64,000 nucleotides of DNA. Origin: Promethearchaeota archaeon. GTDB lineage: Archaea; Asgardarchaeota; Lokiarchaeia; Sigyniarchaeales; SOKP01. Positions 48,844 to 58,497 of this stretch are shown piece after piece. The notes beneath the pieces are model-generated. The model worked only from the letters and a program-made list of their open reading frames with translations. It had not been told where the DNA came from and made no database searches. Within the stretch, counting starts at the first letter, position 1. Every line of letters begins with the position of its first letter. The stretch lies in assembly GCA_016839745.1 (NCBI GenBank), contig JAEOTS010000157.1, positions 1 to 64,000 of the forward strand, read 5' to 3'. The position numbers and the translations under genes are program-made.

Positions 48844-50088
48844 TTACAAAAATAACTTACTAAGATGTCTTTCGTAAATATTTTCAGTAACATTACTACC
48901 GATGATTTCATCATACTTATTTAAAGTATCTATATACCGTGAGCCCATTTCTGCAGCAATTTTATAAGCTATGTGAAGTAGTTGTCGAAAATCTCGATTA
49001 TAATAAGTACATGATAAATCATGTCGTAAGACTCTTGCAAAATCTTCACTAGTCCATTTGATTACCTTTTCTGGATCAGGCAATTTATCTGTATCAATAT
49101 CTACTACTGATGCGTATGGTGCACATAACTCATCTAATCGACTGTGAGCTTTAATATAGATTTCCTTAGCAAGCTCTAAGCCTTCACCTCCAGCTATCGC
49201 CAAACCAATTAACTCCTCTAACCAAGTTGTTCCCGAAGTTTTTAAATGGAACCCTGTGTCAAACTCTTTAATAGCTTTATTTATATTGTTATATAATGAA
49301 AATTTATCACTTCCAGAGTGAAGACTTATTTTTAAATTATCAGGTAAGGAGAATTTATTTATCGCAAATTGGATTACAGCTAAGATAATCTCTAGTTCTT
49401 TTGAAAACTGCTCAATATCTCCTTCATAATCCACTCCTTTATTAAATCTACCAGAAAATTTGGGAGCTATTGTTTGAATAGGAATTTTTTCGTTTGCTAT
49501 TGCAGCCAGAATAAATAATATTTCAATTGGTGTTTGAGGTTTGTTCGTTTCATCCATTGAAACTTCAATAATGAAATTATCTTTGCCTTTTTTATCCTCA
49601 ATCTTGCGATACATCCTTCCTGCTTCCTTTATGGCAAAAAGATATTTTTCTGCAATTGTTCTTAATTGTGTTTTATTGATCTTTAAGGGCTTTTTGATAT
49701 TTGAAATGATTATTTCTCCTATAAACTCTTCATGTTTCTCAATGAAGTTGTTTATCTCGGCTACAGAAGCCTTTTTATTAATATACTCAGCTACATCAAG
49801 AGTAAAATAATCACTCGAATCAATAAATAAATCAATATTAGAAATTCCTACGTGATCGGCGTCAATATAATACTTACCTTTCCAATCTAAATCTTTCACA
49901 GCATTTTGGGCTTCTTCTAAAACATCACTAGGAGCCGTATTAGTGATTAAATGCTCTCGGTGAGATTTATTCCATACGATTGCGATGTCGATACCATTCT
50001 CATGTGCTTTTATGATTGCTTTTAATTGAGCTTTTCCTTGACAGCCAAACCGATCTCCGGTTCCAATTGAATATTTTTGTAATCTCAT
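48844..50088 (-). CDS. uxaE: Tagaturonate/fructuronate epimerase
   Basis: GTGDRF, DADHV, EVSMDET, APKF, SLHSGSDKF, HLKTSGTTWLE. Confidence 0.88.
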   Translation of the reverse strand: MRLQKYSIGTGDRFGCQGKAQLKAIIKAHENGIDIAIVWNKSHREHLITNTAPSDVLEEAQNAVKDLDWKGKYYIDADHVGISNIDLFIDSSDYFTLDVAEYINKKASVAEINNFIEKHEEFIGEIIISNIKKPLKINKTQLRTIAEKYLFAIKEAGRMYRKIEDKKGKDNFIIEVSMDETNKPQTPIEILFILAAIANEKIPIQTIAPKFSGRFNKGVDYEGDIEQFSKELEIILAVIQFAINKFSLPDNLKISLHSGSDKFSLYNNINKAIKEFDTGFHLKTSGTTWLEELIGLAIAGGEGLELAKEIYIKAHSRLDELCAPYASVVDIDTDKLPDPEKVIKWTSEDFARVLRHDLSCTYYNRDFRQLLHIAYKIAAEMGSRYIDTLNKYDEIIGSNVTENIYERHLSKLFL

Positions 50089-50124
50089 TATTAAGATACT
50101 CTTATCTCTTGAATTTTATAATAA

Positions 50125-51543
50125 TTATAACATCTTAAAGTAGTCAACGGCATTATTGTAACAAATATTTTCTATTGTTTTTCTGAGTAATTCCATATCA
50201 TTAGGAATTTCTCCATTCTCTACCTCAGATCCGATCATATTACACAATATTCTTCGAAAATATTCATGCCGAGGATATGATAAAAAGCTTCGGGAATCAG
50301 TTGTCATACCAATAAAACGACTCAACAATCCTAAATTAGAGATTGTGTTAATTTGCTTAGTTATTCCATCAATTTGATCCAAAAACCACCAACTAGGTCC
50401 AAATTGCATTTTCCCGGGATAAATTGCGTCTTGAAAACTGCCAATAATAGAAGCTATTAATTCGTTATCTCGGGGATTTATATTATAAAAAATAGTTTTG
50501 GTCAGCTCTCCAGATTGATCAAGGCTGTCGAGAAATTTAACCAATTTACTTCCAAAAATAGTGTCACCAATAGCATCACATCCTATGTCTGGTCCAAGTT
50601 TATTGAATAATCTTGTATTAGTGTTACGAAAAGGTCCAATATGAAATTGCTGGACCCAACCACGATTGAAATTCAATTTAGCACATTCATATAAAAGAGC
50701 TGATTTAAATTTTAATGCTTCTCCTTGAGTGAAATCATTTCCTGAGAGAATATTAGCAGTTATTCTTTCTATTTCTCCGCTAGTATAGGGTTCAACCCAA
50801 AAAGTTAAGATTCCATGATCAGCAATTCGACATCCCATACTATGGAAAAATTTATGGCGTACATCTAATGCTTCAATTAGACTTGAGAAGTTTTTTATTT
50901 CAATACCAGAGATATCGCTTAATTTAGAAATATAGCTAACATATGATGTAGTATTTTCTATCGCCATTGCTTTGTCTGGTCGAAATGTAGGAATTACTTT
51001 AACTTTGTAACCATCTTCTTTGAGTTTTTTATGATGTTCTAAAGAATCAATTGGATCGTCTGTTGTACAAATAAGATTAACATTCATTTTAAGAAGCAAA
51101 TTCTTGACTGAAAAATCAGGTGATTGGAGCAGAGTAGAGCACTGGTAATAAATTTCTTTGCAAGTTTTTGGGCTTAATATGGTATCAATATTAAAATATC
51201 TCTGAAGTTCTAAATGAGTCCAATGATACAATGGATTACGTATTGCTATTGGAACTGTTTCTGCCCATTTTTCAAATTTTTCAAAATCAGTAGCATCACC
51301 AGTGCAGAATTTCTCTGGTATTCCATTACTGCGCATTAATCTCCATTTATAATGATCTCCATCGAGCCATGCTTGTCCAATATTTTCATAGCAAACATCC
51401 TCAGCTAAATCTTTCACCGGTAAGTGACAATGATAATCAAAAATTGGCATCTTTTCCGCGAATTCATGATAGAGATTCTTCGCTGTTTCTGTTTGTAAAA
51501 GAAAATTCTCATCTATAAATTTTTTCATTTTTACATCCACCAT
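50125..51543 (-). CDS. uxaC: Uronate isomerase
   Basis: DYHCHL, GDHYKWRLMR, CTTDDP, WWFLD, TDSRSFLSYPRHEYFRR. Confidence 0.96.
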   Translation of the reverse strand: MVDVKMKKFIDENFLLQTETAKNLYHEFAEKMPIFDYHCHLPVKDLAEDVCYENIGQAWLDGDHYKWRLMRSNGIPEKFCTGDATDFEKFEKWAETVPIAIRNPLYHWTHLELQRYFNIDTILSPKTCKEIYYQCSTLLQSPDFSVKNLLLKMNVNLICTTDDPIDSLEHHKKLKEDGYKVKVIPTFRPDKAMAIENTTSYVSYISKLSDISGIEIKNFSSLIEALDVRHKFFHSMGCRIADHGILTFWVEPYTSGEIERITANILSGNDFTQGEALKFKSALLYECAKLNFNRGWVQQFHIGPFRNTNTRLFNKLGPDIGCDAIGDTIFGSKLVKFLDSLDQSGELTKTIFYNINPRDNELIASIIGSFQDAIYPGKMQFGPSWWFLDQIDGITKQINTISNLGLLSRFIGMTTDSRSFLSYPRHEYFRRILCNMIGSEVENGEIPNDMELLRKTIENICYNNAVDYFKML

Positions 51544-51556
51544 TTTTTCTAAATCT

Positions 51557-52600
51557 CTAATGTGTCTTACTAATTCCTTCCCAAAGACCTACAAGATACA
51601 TAACACCTAAAGCGCGATCATGTAATCCATACCCAGGCCTACCTTTTTCCCCCCATATCATTCTTCCATGGTCAGGACGTATAAATCCATCAAATCCAAT
51701 ATCTATTAATGTTTTTACTACTTCATACATGTTCACATCTCCGAATTCTGTAGGATGCTTACTTTCATAAAAATTTTTCCCTTCAATATGTTTAACATTT
51801 CGGAAATGTACGAATGGAATGCGATCTAATGAACCAAATTTTCGAATAGCTTTTACAATATCCATTTTTAAATTTGCACCAAAAGATCCTGTACAAAAAG
51901 TAATACCATTTGAGGGACTATCTATCATTCTAACTAAACGATCTAAAGCAGCTTCATTAGTAATTATCCGAGGAAGACCAAAAATTGACCATGGAGGATC
52001 ATCTGGGTGAATAGCCATTTTTACTCCAAAATCCTCGGCAACAGGGATTACTTTTTTCAAAAAATATTCTAAATTTAACCACAAAGTTTCATTATCAACT
52101 TTAGAATATGCAATTAAGTATTTCTGTAATTCTTTTTTAGTATAATGGGTTGCCCAACCCGGAAGATCTAATGCCATTTCTTCAAAATCAATCTCTCTAA
52201 GCTTAGCGTTATCAAAACTTAAGCTATTAGATCCATCGGAATATTTCATTGCCAAATCAGTACGCACCCAGTCAAAAACTGGCATAAAATTATAACATAA
52301 AACTTCAATACCTAGAGAGCCCATATTTCGGATGTTTTGACAATAATTACCGATTAAAACATCTCGATTTGAACTACCTAGCTTTATATCTTCATGAACT
52401 GGTATGCTTTCGATAACTGAAAATTTTAATCCTTCTGCTTCGATTTTTTCTTTAAGGTGTTTAATTTCATTATTTGGCCAAATATCTCCTACTGTGACAT
52501 CATATAACGCTGAAACAATACCTGTAACTTTGGGAATCTGTTTTATATATTTGAGAGGGATTTGATCTTTATCTCCATACCATCGAAATACTATTTCCAT
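51557..52600 (-). CDS. uxuA: Mannonate dehydratase
   Basis: FRWYG, ESIPVHEDIK, CYNFMP, HPDDPP, RPDHG. Confidence 0.96.
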   Translation of the reverse strand: MEIVFRWYGDKDQIPLKYIKQIPKVTGIVSALYDVTVGDIWPNNEIKHLKEKIEAEGLKFSVIESIPVHEDIKLGSSNRDVLIGNYCQNIRNMGSLGIEVLCYNFMPVFDWVRTDLAMKYSDGSNSLSFDNAKLREIDFEEMALDLPGWATHYTKKELQKYLIAYSKVDNETLWLNLEYFLKKVIPVAEDFGVKMAIHPDDPPWSIFGLPRIITNEAALDRLVRMIDSPSNGITFCTGSFGANLKMDIVKAIRKFGSLDRIPFVHFRNVKHIEGKNFYESKHPTEFGDVNMYEVVKTLIDIGFDGFIRPDHGRMIWGEKGRPGYGLHDRALGVMYLVGLWEGISKTH

Positions 52601-52632
52601 TATTGCACTACCATATTATTTAAACTTTAATT

Positions 52633-53490
52633 TTAAACTCCAGAATACGCAGAAAATCCACCGTCAACAGGGATAATAACGCCATTAACAAAACCAGAAG
52701 CTTTTTCATCAACTAGCCAAAGAAGTGTTCCAATTAATTCTTCCGGGTTTCCAAATCGTCCTATAGGTGTTTGATTTAATATTTTTTTTGCTCGTTCTGT
52801 AAGGGAACCATCTTCATTTGTCAAAAGCGAGCGATTTTGCTCCGTTAAAAAAAACCCAGGAGCAATTGCATTAACACGAATGTTAACTTTAGAAAAATGT
52901 ACCGCAAGCCATTTGGTAAAATTACTAACAGCAGCTTTTGCCCCACTATAAGCTGGTATCTTAGTTAAGGGTGTAAAAGCATTCATGGATGAGATATTAA
53001 TGATGCTCGAACCTTCTTGATTAATCATATGCTTCGCAAAAACTTGAGTAGGTAAAAGCGTACCGATAAAGTTTAAATTAAAAACAAATTCTATTCCTTT
53101 TTGATCTAGGTCAAAAAAAGTGAAAATATCTTCTTTTTTACCATTTAAATCCTCTAAAGTCAAAAATTCGTTTGAAGTTGTTCCTCTGGGATGATTTCCG
53201 CCAGCCCCATTAATGAGTATATTACACAAACCAAATTCTTTTTTTACAATCTTTTCAGCTTTTATTAGACTTTCAATTTCTAATACATTTGCTTCAATTC
53301 CAATTGCAGATCCACCATTTTTTATAATTCTGCCTGCTAGATCCTCAGCTGCTTCTTTTCGTAGATCTAATATTGCTACTTTTGCGTTACATTTCGCTAG
53401 AGCCTCAGAAAAACAACCACATAATTCTCCAGCACCACCAGTTATCACGACAGTTTTATCTTTCAAATCAATATTAAGTGAGACTTTCAT
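52633..53490 (-). CDS. uxuB: SDR-type D-mannonate oxidoreductase (fructuronate reductase)
   Basis: INGAGGNHP, SSMNAFTPLTKIPAYSGAK, NAIAPGFF, VDGGFSAYSGV. Confidence 0.85.
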   Translation of the reverse strand: MKVSLNIDLKDKTVVITGGAGELCGCFSEALAKCNAKVAILDLRKEAAEDLAGRIIKNGGSAIGIEANVLEIESLIKAEKIVKKEFGLCNILINGAGGNHPRGTTSNEFLTLEDLNGKKEDIFTFFDLDQKGIEFVFNLNFIGTLLPTQVFAKHMINQEGSSIINISSMNAFTPLTKIPAYSGAKAAVSNFTKWLAVHFSKVNIRVNAIAPGFFLTEQNRSLLTNEDGSLTERAKKILNQTPIGRFGNPEELIGTLLWLVDEKASGFVNGVIIPVDGGFSAYSGV

Positions 53491-53532
53491 TGGTCCTAGT
53501 TTATATTTATCACATTATTATTTAGCTTTACT

Positions 53533-54711
53533 CTATCCGATTATAGTAGAAATTTTGCAATTTTCTCTATCTGTTTGCAAGAGAGTAAGGTTTTCGGGTA
53601 CTTCATCTAATGATATTTCTTTTGTAATCATTGCTGTCATATCCATACCACCTGCCATTGAACTTATCACATTTGGAAAAGTTCCATGCCCAGAATGACC
53701 TTGTGCTCCTACAATTCGAGCTCTTTTAACTTGAAAATATTCTCCGCATACAGGCATATTTTGTTCTGCTCTTGCTACAATAACTACTGTGCTATTTACT
53801 GCAGTGCATTCCCAGATTGAATTTTGAATGTCTGGGGTTACAACCTGGGGTAATCCAGTAGCTTCAAGATATAATGCTGCGCCTTCATTATCTGTAAGAT
53901 CTTTTATTCTTTCCACAAAATTTTCTTTAATTGGGTTGAATACATAATCAGCACCCATTTTTTTTGCCAAAACTGCCCGGTGTTCTTCTGGTTCTGAAAC
54001 AATTACAACTGCAGCACCAGCTGTCTTCAAAATTTTCGTCGCTGCTAATCCAATTGGTCCCGCACCTAAAATCACTACATTTTCTCCAGGACGAATTCCA
54101 CCACCTCGTTCTATAACTGCATTATAGGCTACTGAAGTTGGTTCTACTAAACTGCCTATTTTGTAAATATCGTCATACTTTTCCTCTAATTTTCTTAAAC
54201 TCCAACACAATTTTGCAGGAACTGCAATGTATTCCGCAAATGCCCCATTTATAGAAAAACCGATTTCCTGTAATCGTTCGCAATGATTTGGATATCCGTC
54301 ACAACATGGCTTGCATTCTCCACACCATACCATTTCTTCTACTGTTACAGGCTCTCCTTTTTCGAATCTTTTACTTGTTCTTTTATTTATTGCCCTTTCG
54401 CCTATTTCTACGATCTCTCCAGAAAATTCATGGCCAAGGGTAACTGGAAATGCAGTTAATCCCGGATAAAAGATGTATCCATCATCATAACTTTGGTTCA
54501 TATGCACATCCGAACCACAAATTCCACATCTTTTAACTTTGACTAATACTTCATTTGGTTTTATTTGTGGCTTTTGTTTTTCTGCAACTTTAGTAACAGG
54601 ATTTCGCCATACTTGAGAACCCAAGTAGGTTAATTTACCATCAATATCTTTAAATCCAAGTTTGAAATCAGGTTTCGGATCCCAACTTGCTGATAATTCT
54701 ACTACTTTCAT
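53533..54711 (-). CDS. iolM: Scyllo-inosose 3-dehydrogenase (Zn-dependent MDR)
   Basis: CGICGSDVHM..D.GYIFYPGLT.FP.TLGHE, EEMVWCG.C..C...YPNHC, QGHSGHGTFP. Confidence 0.82.
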   Translation of the reverse strand: MKVVELSASWDPKPDFKLGFKDIDGKLTYLGSQVWRNPVTKVAEKQKPQIKPNEVLVKVKRCGICGSDVHMNQSYDDGYIFYPGLTAFPVTLGHEFSGEIVEIGERAINKRTSKRFEKGEPVTVEEMVWCGECKPCCDGYPNHCERLQEIGFSINGAFAEYIAVPAKLCWSLRKLEEKYDDIYKIGSLVEPTSVAYNAVIERGGGIRPGENVVILGAGPIGLAATKILKTAGAAVVIVSEPEEHRAVLAKKMGADYVFNPIKENFVERIKDLTDNEGAALYLEATGLPQVVTPDIQNSIWECTAVNSTVVIVARAEQNMPVCGEYFQVKRARIVGAQGHSGHGTFPNVISSMAGGMDMTAMITKEISLDEVPENLTLLQTDRENCKISTIIG

Positions 54712-54846
54712 TATTTTTGCATTCTTGTAATAAAGTTTTTAATTTAACTAATTGCAAATTTAAAATAAGGTTATTGGAGAAAAGAAATATTTTTAATAAT
54801 TACCACCTATTGAGTTCTTTAATTAATCTAAATAAATGTAAAAAAT

Positions 54847-55659
54847 ATGCTATTTAGTATAGTTTCGGGATTGAATGAATCCAAGAGTAATAAAAAGGAT
54901 GTAATAAAGAAATTTACTTCTTCATGTCAATTCTTGAAATCTTTGAATTATGATGGGTTAGAGCTAAGCCTTTTAGAACCAGAAAAAATTGATGCAAAGA
55001 AATTAACTGAGATAAGTGAATCATACGAAATGAAGATTCCCGCTTTAGGCACTGGAAGTACTTTTATTCGTTTTGGATATTCTTTAGGTAATACCCAAGA
55101 ATCTCTTCGTAAAAAAGCGATTGAAAGGATTGAGAAATATATTGAATTTGCTCGAGAAACCCAAGCTAAAGTAATTATTGGATTAATAAGAGGGCGTTAT
55201 AAGCATGATAGTAATCCGCAAAAAGAAAGATTAAATATTATCTCTTCGCTCAAAAAATGTTGCTCGTTAGCAGAAAACAGTGACGTCCAACTAATATTTG
55301 AACCTATTAATCGTTTTGAAATTGACTCTTACAATACAATTTCGGAATCAGTTGAATTGATTGAAGAAATAGGTTCGAATAACTTGAAATTATTAGTTGA
55401 TTCTTTTCATACATACCTAGAAGAAGATCCTATATATATATGGGAATATCTTAAAGAAATTGCACATTATGTGGGACATATTCATCTAGCAGACACAACC
55501 CGCAGATCACCAGGTTCAGGACATTTTGATTTCAAAAAATTTTTAAATATTTTTAAAAACATGGGATATACCGAATTTGTTTCAGTTGAGACAATTATGA
55601 AACCTTCTTTTGAAATAATAGCTAAAAACTCAATCGAATATTTGAGAACAATTTTATAA
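54847..55659 (+). CDS. iolO: Sugar phosphate isomerase/epimerase (TIM barrel), probable 5-keto-L-gluconate epimerase
   Basis: ALGTG, VIIGLIRG, EPINRFE, DSFH, HIHLAD..R..PGSGH. Confidence 0.75.
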   Translation: MLFSIVSGLNESKSNKKDVIKKFTSSCQFLKSLNYDGLELSLLEPEKIDAKKLTEISESYEMKIPALGTGSTFIRFGYSLGNTQESLRKKAIERIEKYIEFARETQAKVIIGLIRGRYKHDSNPQKERLNIISSLKKCCSLAENSDVQLIFEPINRFEIDSYNTISESVELIEEIGSNNLKLLVDSFHTYLEEDPIYIWEYLKEIAHYVGHIHLADTTRRSPGSGHFDFKKFLNIFKNMGYTEFVSVETIMKPSFEIIAKNSIEYLRTIL

Positions 55660-55686
55660 TTTCTTTCAAGAAAAAGAAAAGGAAAA

Positions 55687-56523
55687 TCAAATATGTTTAT
55701 CTAACCAATTACTAAGATCATTGAGGACATTCTCTCTTTCTTTCTTCGTTTCATTATAGACTTCATGATATAATCCATCATAAATAAGAATAGTTTTATC
55801 TTCCATATTGAAAGTGTTTCTGAGTACTTCCTCAGATCCTTTAATAAGAGAATCTTCACCTCCACATTGAACCAATAGAGGTAATTTTAAGGTGCTTGTA
55901 ATTGAGTCATATGTTTCAAAGTATTTCATTAATTCCCATCCCAATCGTATTGTAATTTTATCAGCATTAACTAAAGGATCGTTTTCATATGCTTGTACAA
56001 CTTCGGAATCATGGCTTAACTTATCAGCCTTGAGTCCGGGATTTATATATTTTTTTGGCGTAATTTTTGCTAATAGTTTTACTATCAGTTTTAGGGTTTT
56101 ACTTGTACTCTCTCCCGCTCCTGTACCCGTACCTGATAAAATTAATCCTCTTAACAAGGATTCATAATTATTTGTAAAAACTAAAGCAATCATGGAACCC
56201 ATAGAATGTCCTAACATAAAAATTGGCAGATTAGGATGTTTATTCTTTATTAAATCATATAAGATTTTTTCATCCTCAATAAATTGATCGAAGGTATCGA
56301 CATAGTTTCTTTTTCCATCAGACTTTCCATGACCACGGTGATCATTGGCATATATCACATACCCTAAGGGTGTTAATTGATTTACTACATTCATATATCT
56401 TCCTGAATGTTCAGCAAATCCATGTACAATTTGAATGACTGCTTTAGATTTTTCAGGTATCCATGCCTGATAAAATATCTTAAAATTCTCTGCCCCTTTA
56501 AATTCTCCTTCAATATGATCCAT
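55687..56523 (-). CDS. Lysophospholipase/monoacylglycerol lipase (alpha/beta hydrolase)
   Basis: HGFAEHSGRY, DHRGHG.S, GHSMG, YHE. Confidence 0.92.
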   Translation of the reverse strand: MDHIEGEFKGAENFKIFYQAWIPEKSKAVIQIVHGFAEHSGRYMNVVNQLTPLGYVIYANDHRGHGKSDGKRNYVDTFDQFIEDEKILYDLIKNKHPNLPIFMLGHSMGSMIALVFTNNYESLLRGLILSGTGTGAGESTSKTLKLIVKLLAKITPKKYINPGLKADKLSHDSEVVQAYENDPLVNADKITIRLGWELMKYFETYDSITSTLKLPLLVQCGGEDSLIKGSEEVLRNTFNMEDKTILIYDGLYHEVYNETKKERENVLNDLSNWLDKHI

Positions 56524-56550
56524 TTATTCATCACAAATTAAATCAGATTT

Positions 56551-56593
56551 CCATCTTAAACATAAGTAGAAATTGCATCATCTAAGATCATTA
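56551..56593. repeat. Direct repeat copy B: orphan copy of the CoA-transferase alpha 5' end with a premature stop
   Basis: Minus strand reads MILDDAISTYV* vs MNLDDAISTYVQ. Confidence 0.9.
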
Positions 56594-56710
56594 GAAACAA
56601 TTTTTGCTCTGTTAAAAATATTGTTTATGAATCCACATTAATTGATTTATTATGATGGTTTTTAATTGATTAAGTATTACATCATATTATATTAAGCTTA
56701 GAGGTAATGT

Positions 56711-57247
56711 ATCATTAGAAAAAGATTAAAACAAGGACTAGTGCAAGTTTATTTCGGTCGCGGCAAGGGTAAGACTACTGCAGCATTAGGACAAGGTTTA
56801 AGAGCAACAGGGCATGGATTTAAGGTGTATATGATTCAATTCATGAAGGGATATCCACAATATGGAGAAGTTAAGGCTGTAGAGAACACGCCTAACTTCG
56901 AACTGAAACAGTTTGGCACGCCAGATTTAATAGCAACTCCAGGAGATATTGATTTCGAAGAAGGAAGGAAAGGCATGGAGTTTGCAGAGAAAATAATTAT
57001 GTCCGATGACTATGACATAGTAATTCTTGATGAAATCGGGGTAGCAGTTGAATATGGGATTGTAAATATAGATGATGTATTAAAATTAATTGACAATAAA
57101 CCTGAAAAAGTCGAGCTTATTATAACAGGAGGTCCTAAGATGCATCCGAAAATAAAGGAGCGCGCCGATTTGCTCACTGAGATGAGGATGATAAAACATT
57201 ACTATTCCTCAAAAGGTATTAAAGCTCGTTTTGGTATAGAACATTAA
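56711..57247 (+). CDS. cobO: Cob(I)alamin adenosyltransferase (CobO/BtuR), probable ATC/ATT start
   Basis: QGLVQVYFGRGKGKTTAALG, IQFMKG, ILDEI, ARFGIE. Confidence 0.92.
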   Translation: MIRKRLKQGLVQVYFGRGKGKTTAALGQGLRATGHGFKVYMIQFMKGYPQYGEVKAVENTPNFELKQFGTPDLIATPGDIDFEEGRKGMEFAEKIIMSDDYDIVILDEIGVAVEYGIVNIDDVLKLIDNKPEKVELIITGGPKMHPKIKERADLLTEMRMIKHYYSSKGIKARFGIEH

Positions 57248-57256
57248 CGAGATATA

Positions 57257-58402
57257 GTGAACATAGATATGGGAATTAAGAATGTAAAGATAAAGAATAT
57301 TTTCATAGATCACCACAAATATCTGGGTAAACGCGAAAATTCGCTCAAGATTTACGACCAACCACCTAGAAACATGATTTTATCCCCTTTTAACATGATG
57401 TTTGATCTCATGGATCGATTACTTGTCGTTAATTTTGAAGATGATCCTATTTACTACGGTATAGAGCTCCAAATTTTCCACAAAATAGGCAAAGAATATC
57501 CGCTTGTAATCATGTATCGAAAGGATAACATGATGGATATTTATTATACTAATGAGATTGTATTAAAAGATAGAAAAAAGATGGTCACAGATTTATATTC
57601 AAATGTTTCGTTCAATCAGCTTGAAGATATTGAATATAAATTCCAATTTGATGAGATGGGCTTGGACGCTTACCTTTTTTTAAAAGATAAGTTAGAACAA
57701 GAAATCGAATTTAAAATTAAAGAAAATACTCCTGGGAGAGAATTGACTTCGATTTTAATCCCAATTGGAGCCGTCAGTAAGAAACCCAAATACTTCCCCA
57801 TCGTTTTCCTCAACAAGTTCGGTATGATAATCAAAAAAAACACAGAAATCTGTGTAAAGATTCATGGTATTTTAAGAGCTACGACAGAAATGCCAGTTCA
57901 AATGAATAAAATGAAGGTGTACATAGCTCGCTATTCTTTAGAGCCAATTATTGGTAATTGGAATAATGCTTTTAGTGGTATCATAACTCCTGTGTTATTA
58001 AAATCACCAATTCTAACTGTATCAGATGAAAATATGACTTACGAACTTGTAAATAACTCTGATTACTACGAAATTAAACAGATCTCTGGAAACGACGAAG
58101 AAGGTCACTCTATTTCTTTCGAATTTTCTCCCGCAATTCCAAATTTTATATCTTTAGGAAATGATTCGAAAATAAAAGGTAGATTTTCTTGTATAATTGA
58201 TGAAAAAAAGGGGATTTTCGCAGGGGAATATTTTTTAGTTCGTACTCGAGATATTATTGAGTTTCATATTACACCAAATAAAGGATGGCAGCCATTCCCT
58301 GGCAAGTTGTGGCTAAAAACTTATAAATGGAACTCAAAAATACAAATCCGAAATATCGGAGATATTAAAATCACTTCTTATTGGCGAAAAATAAAAGGAT
58401 GA
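57257..58402 (+). CDS. Hypothetical beta-rich protein
   Basis: 381-aa ORF, no motif recognised. Confidence 0.7.
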   Translation: MNIDMGIKNVKIKNIFIDHHKYLGKRENSLKIYDQPPRNMILSPFNMMFDLMDRLLVVNFEDDPIYYGIELQIFHKIGKEYPLVIMYRKDNMMDIYYTNEIVLKDRKKMVTDLYSNVSFNQLEDIEYKFQFDEMGLDAYLFLKDKLEQEIEFKIKENTPGRELTSILIPIGAVSKKPKYFPIVFLNKFGMIIKKNTEICVKIHGILRATTEMPVQMNKMKVYIARYSLEPIIGNWNNAFSGIITPVLLKSPILTVSDENMTYELVNNSDYYEIKQISGNDEEGHSISFEFSPAIPNFISLGNDSKIKGRFSCIIDEKKGIFAGEYFLVRTRDIIEFHITPNKGWQPFPGKLWLKTYKWNSKIQIRNIGDIKITSYWRKIKG

Positions 58403-58497
58403 TATTTTACCTAGAATTTATTCTACCATATAATAAAGATAATAGGCAATCGCTCTAACGATTTTACGTTATCCGCGTTTGTATATTAACAAGTATT

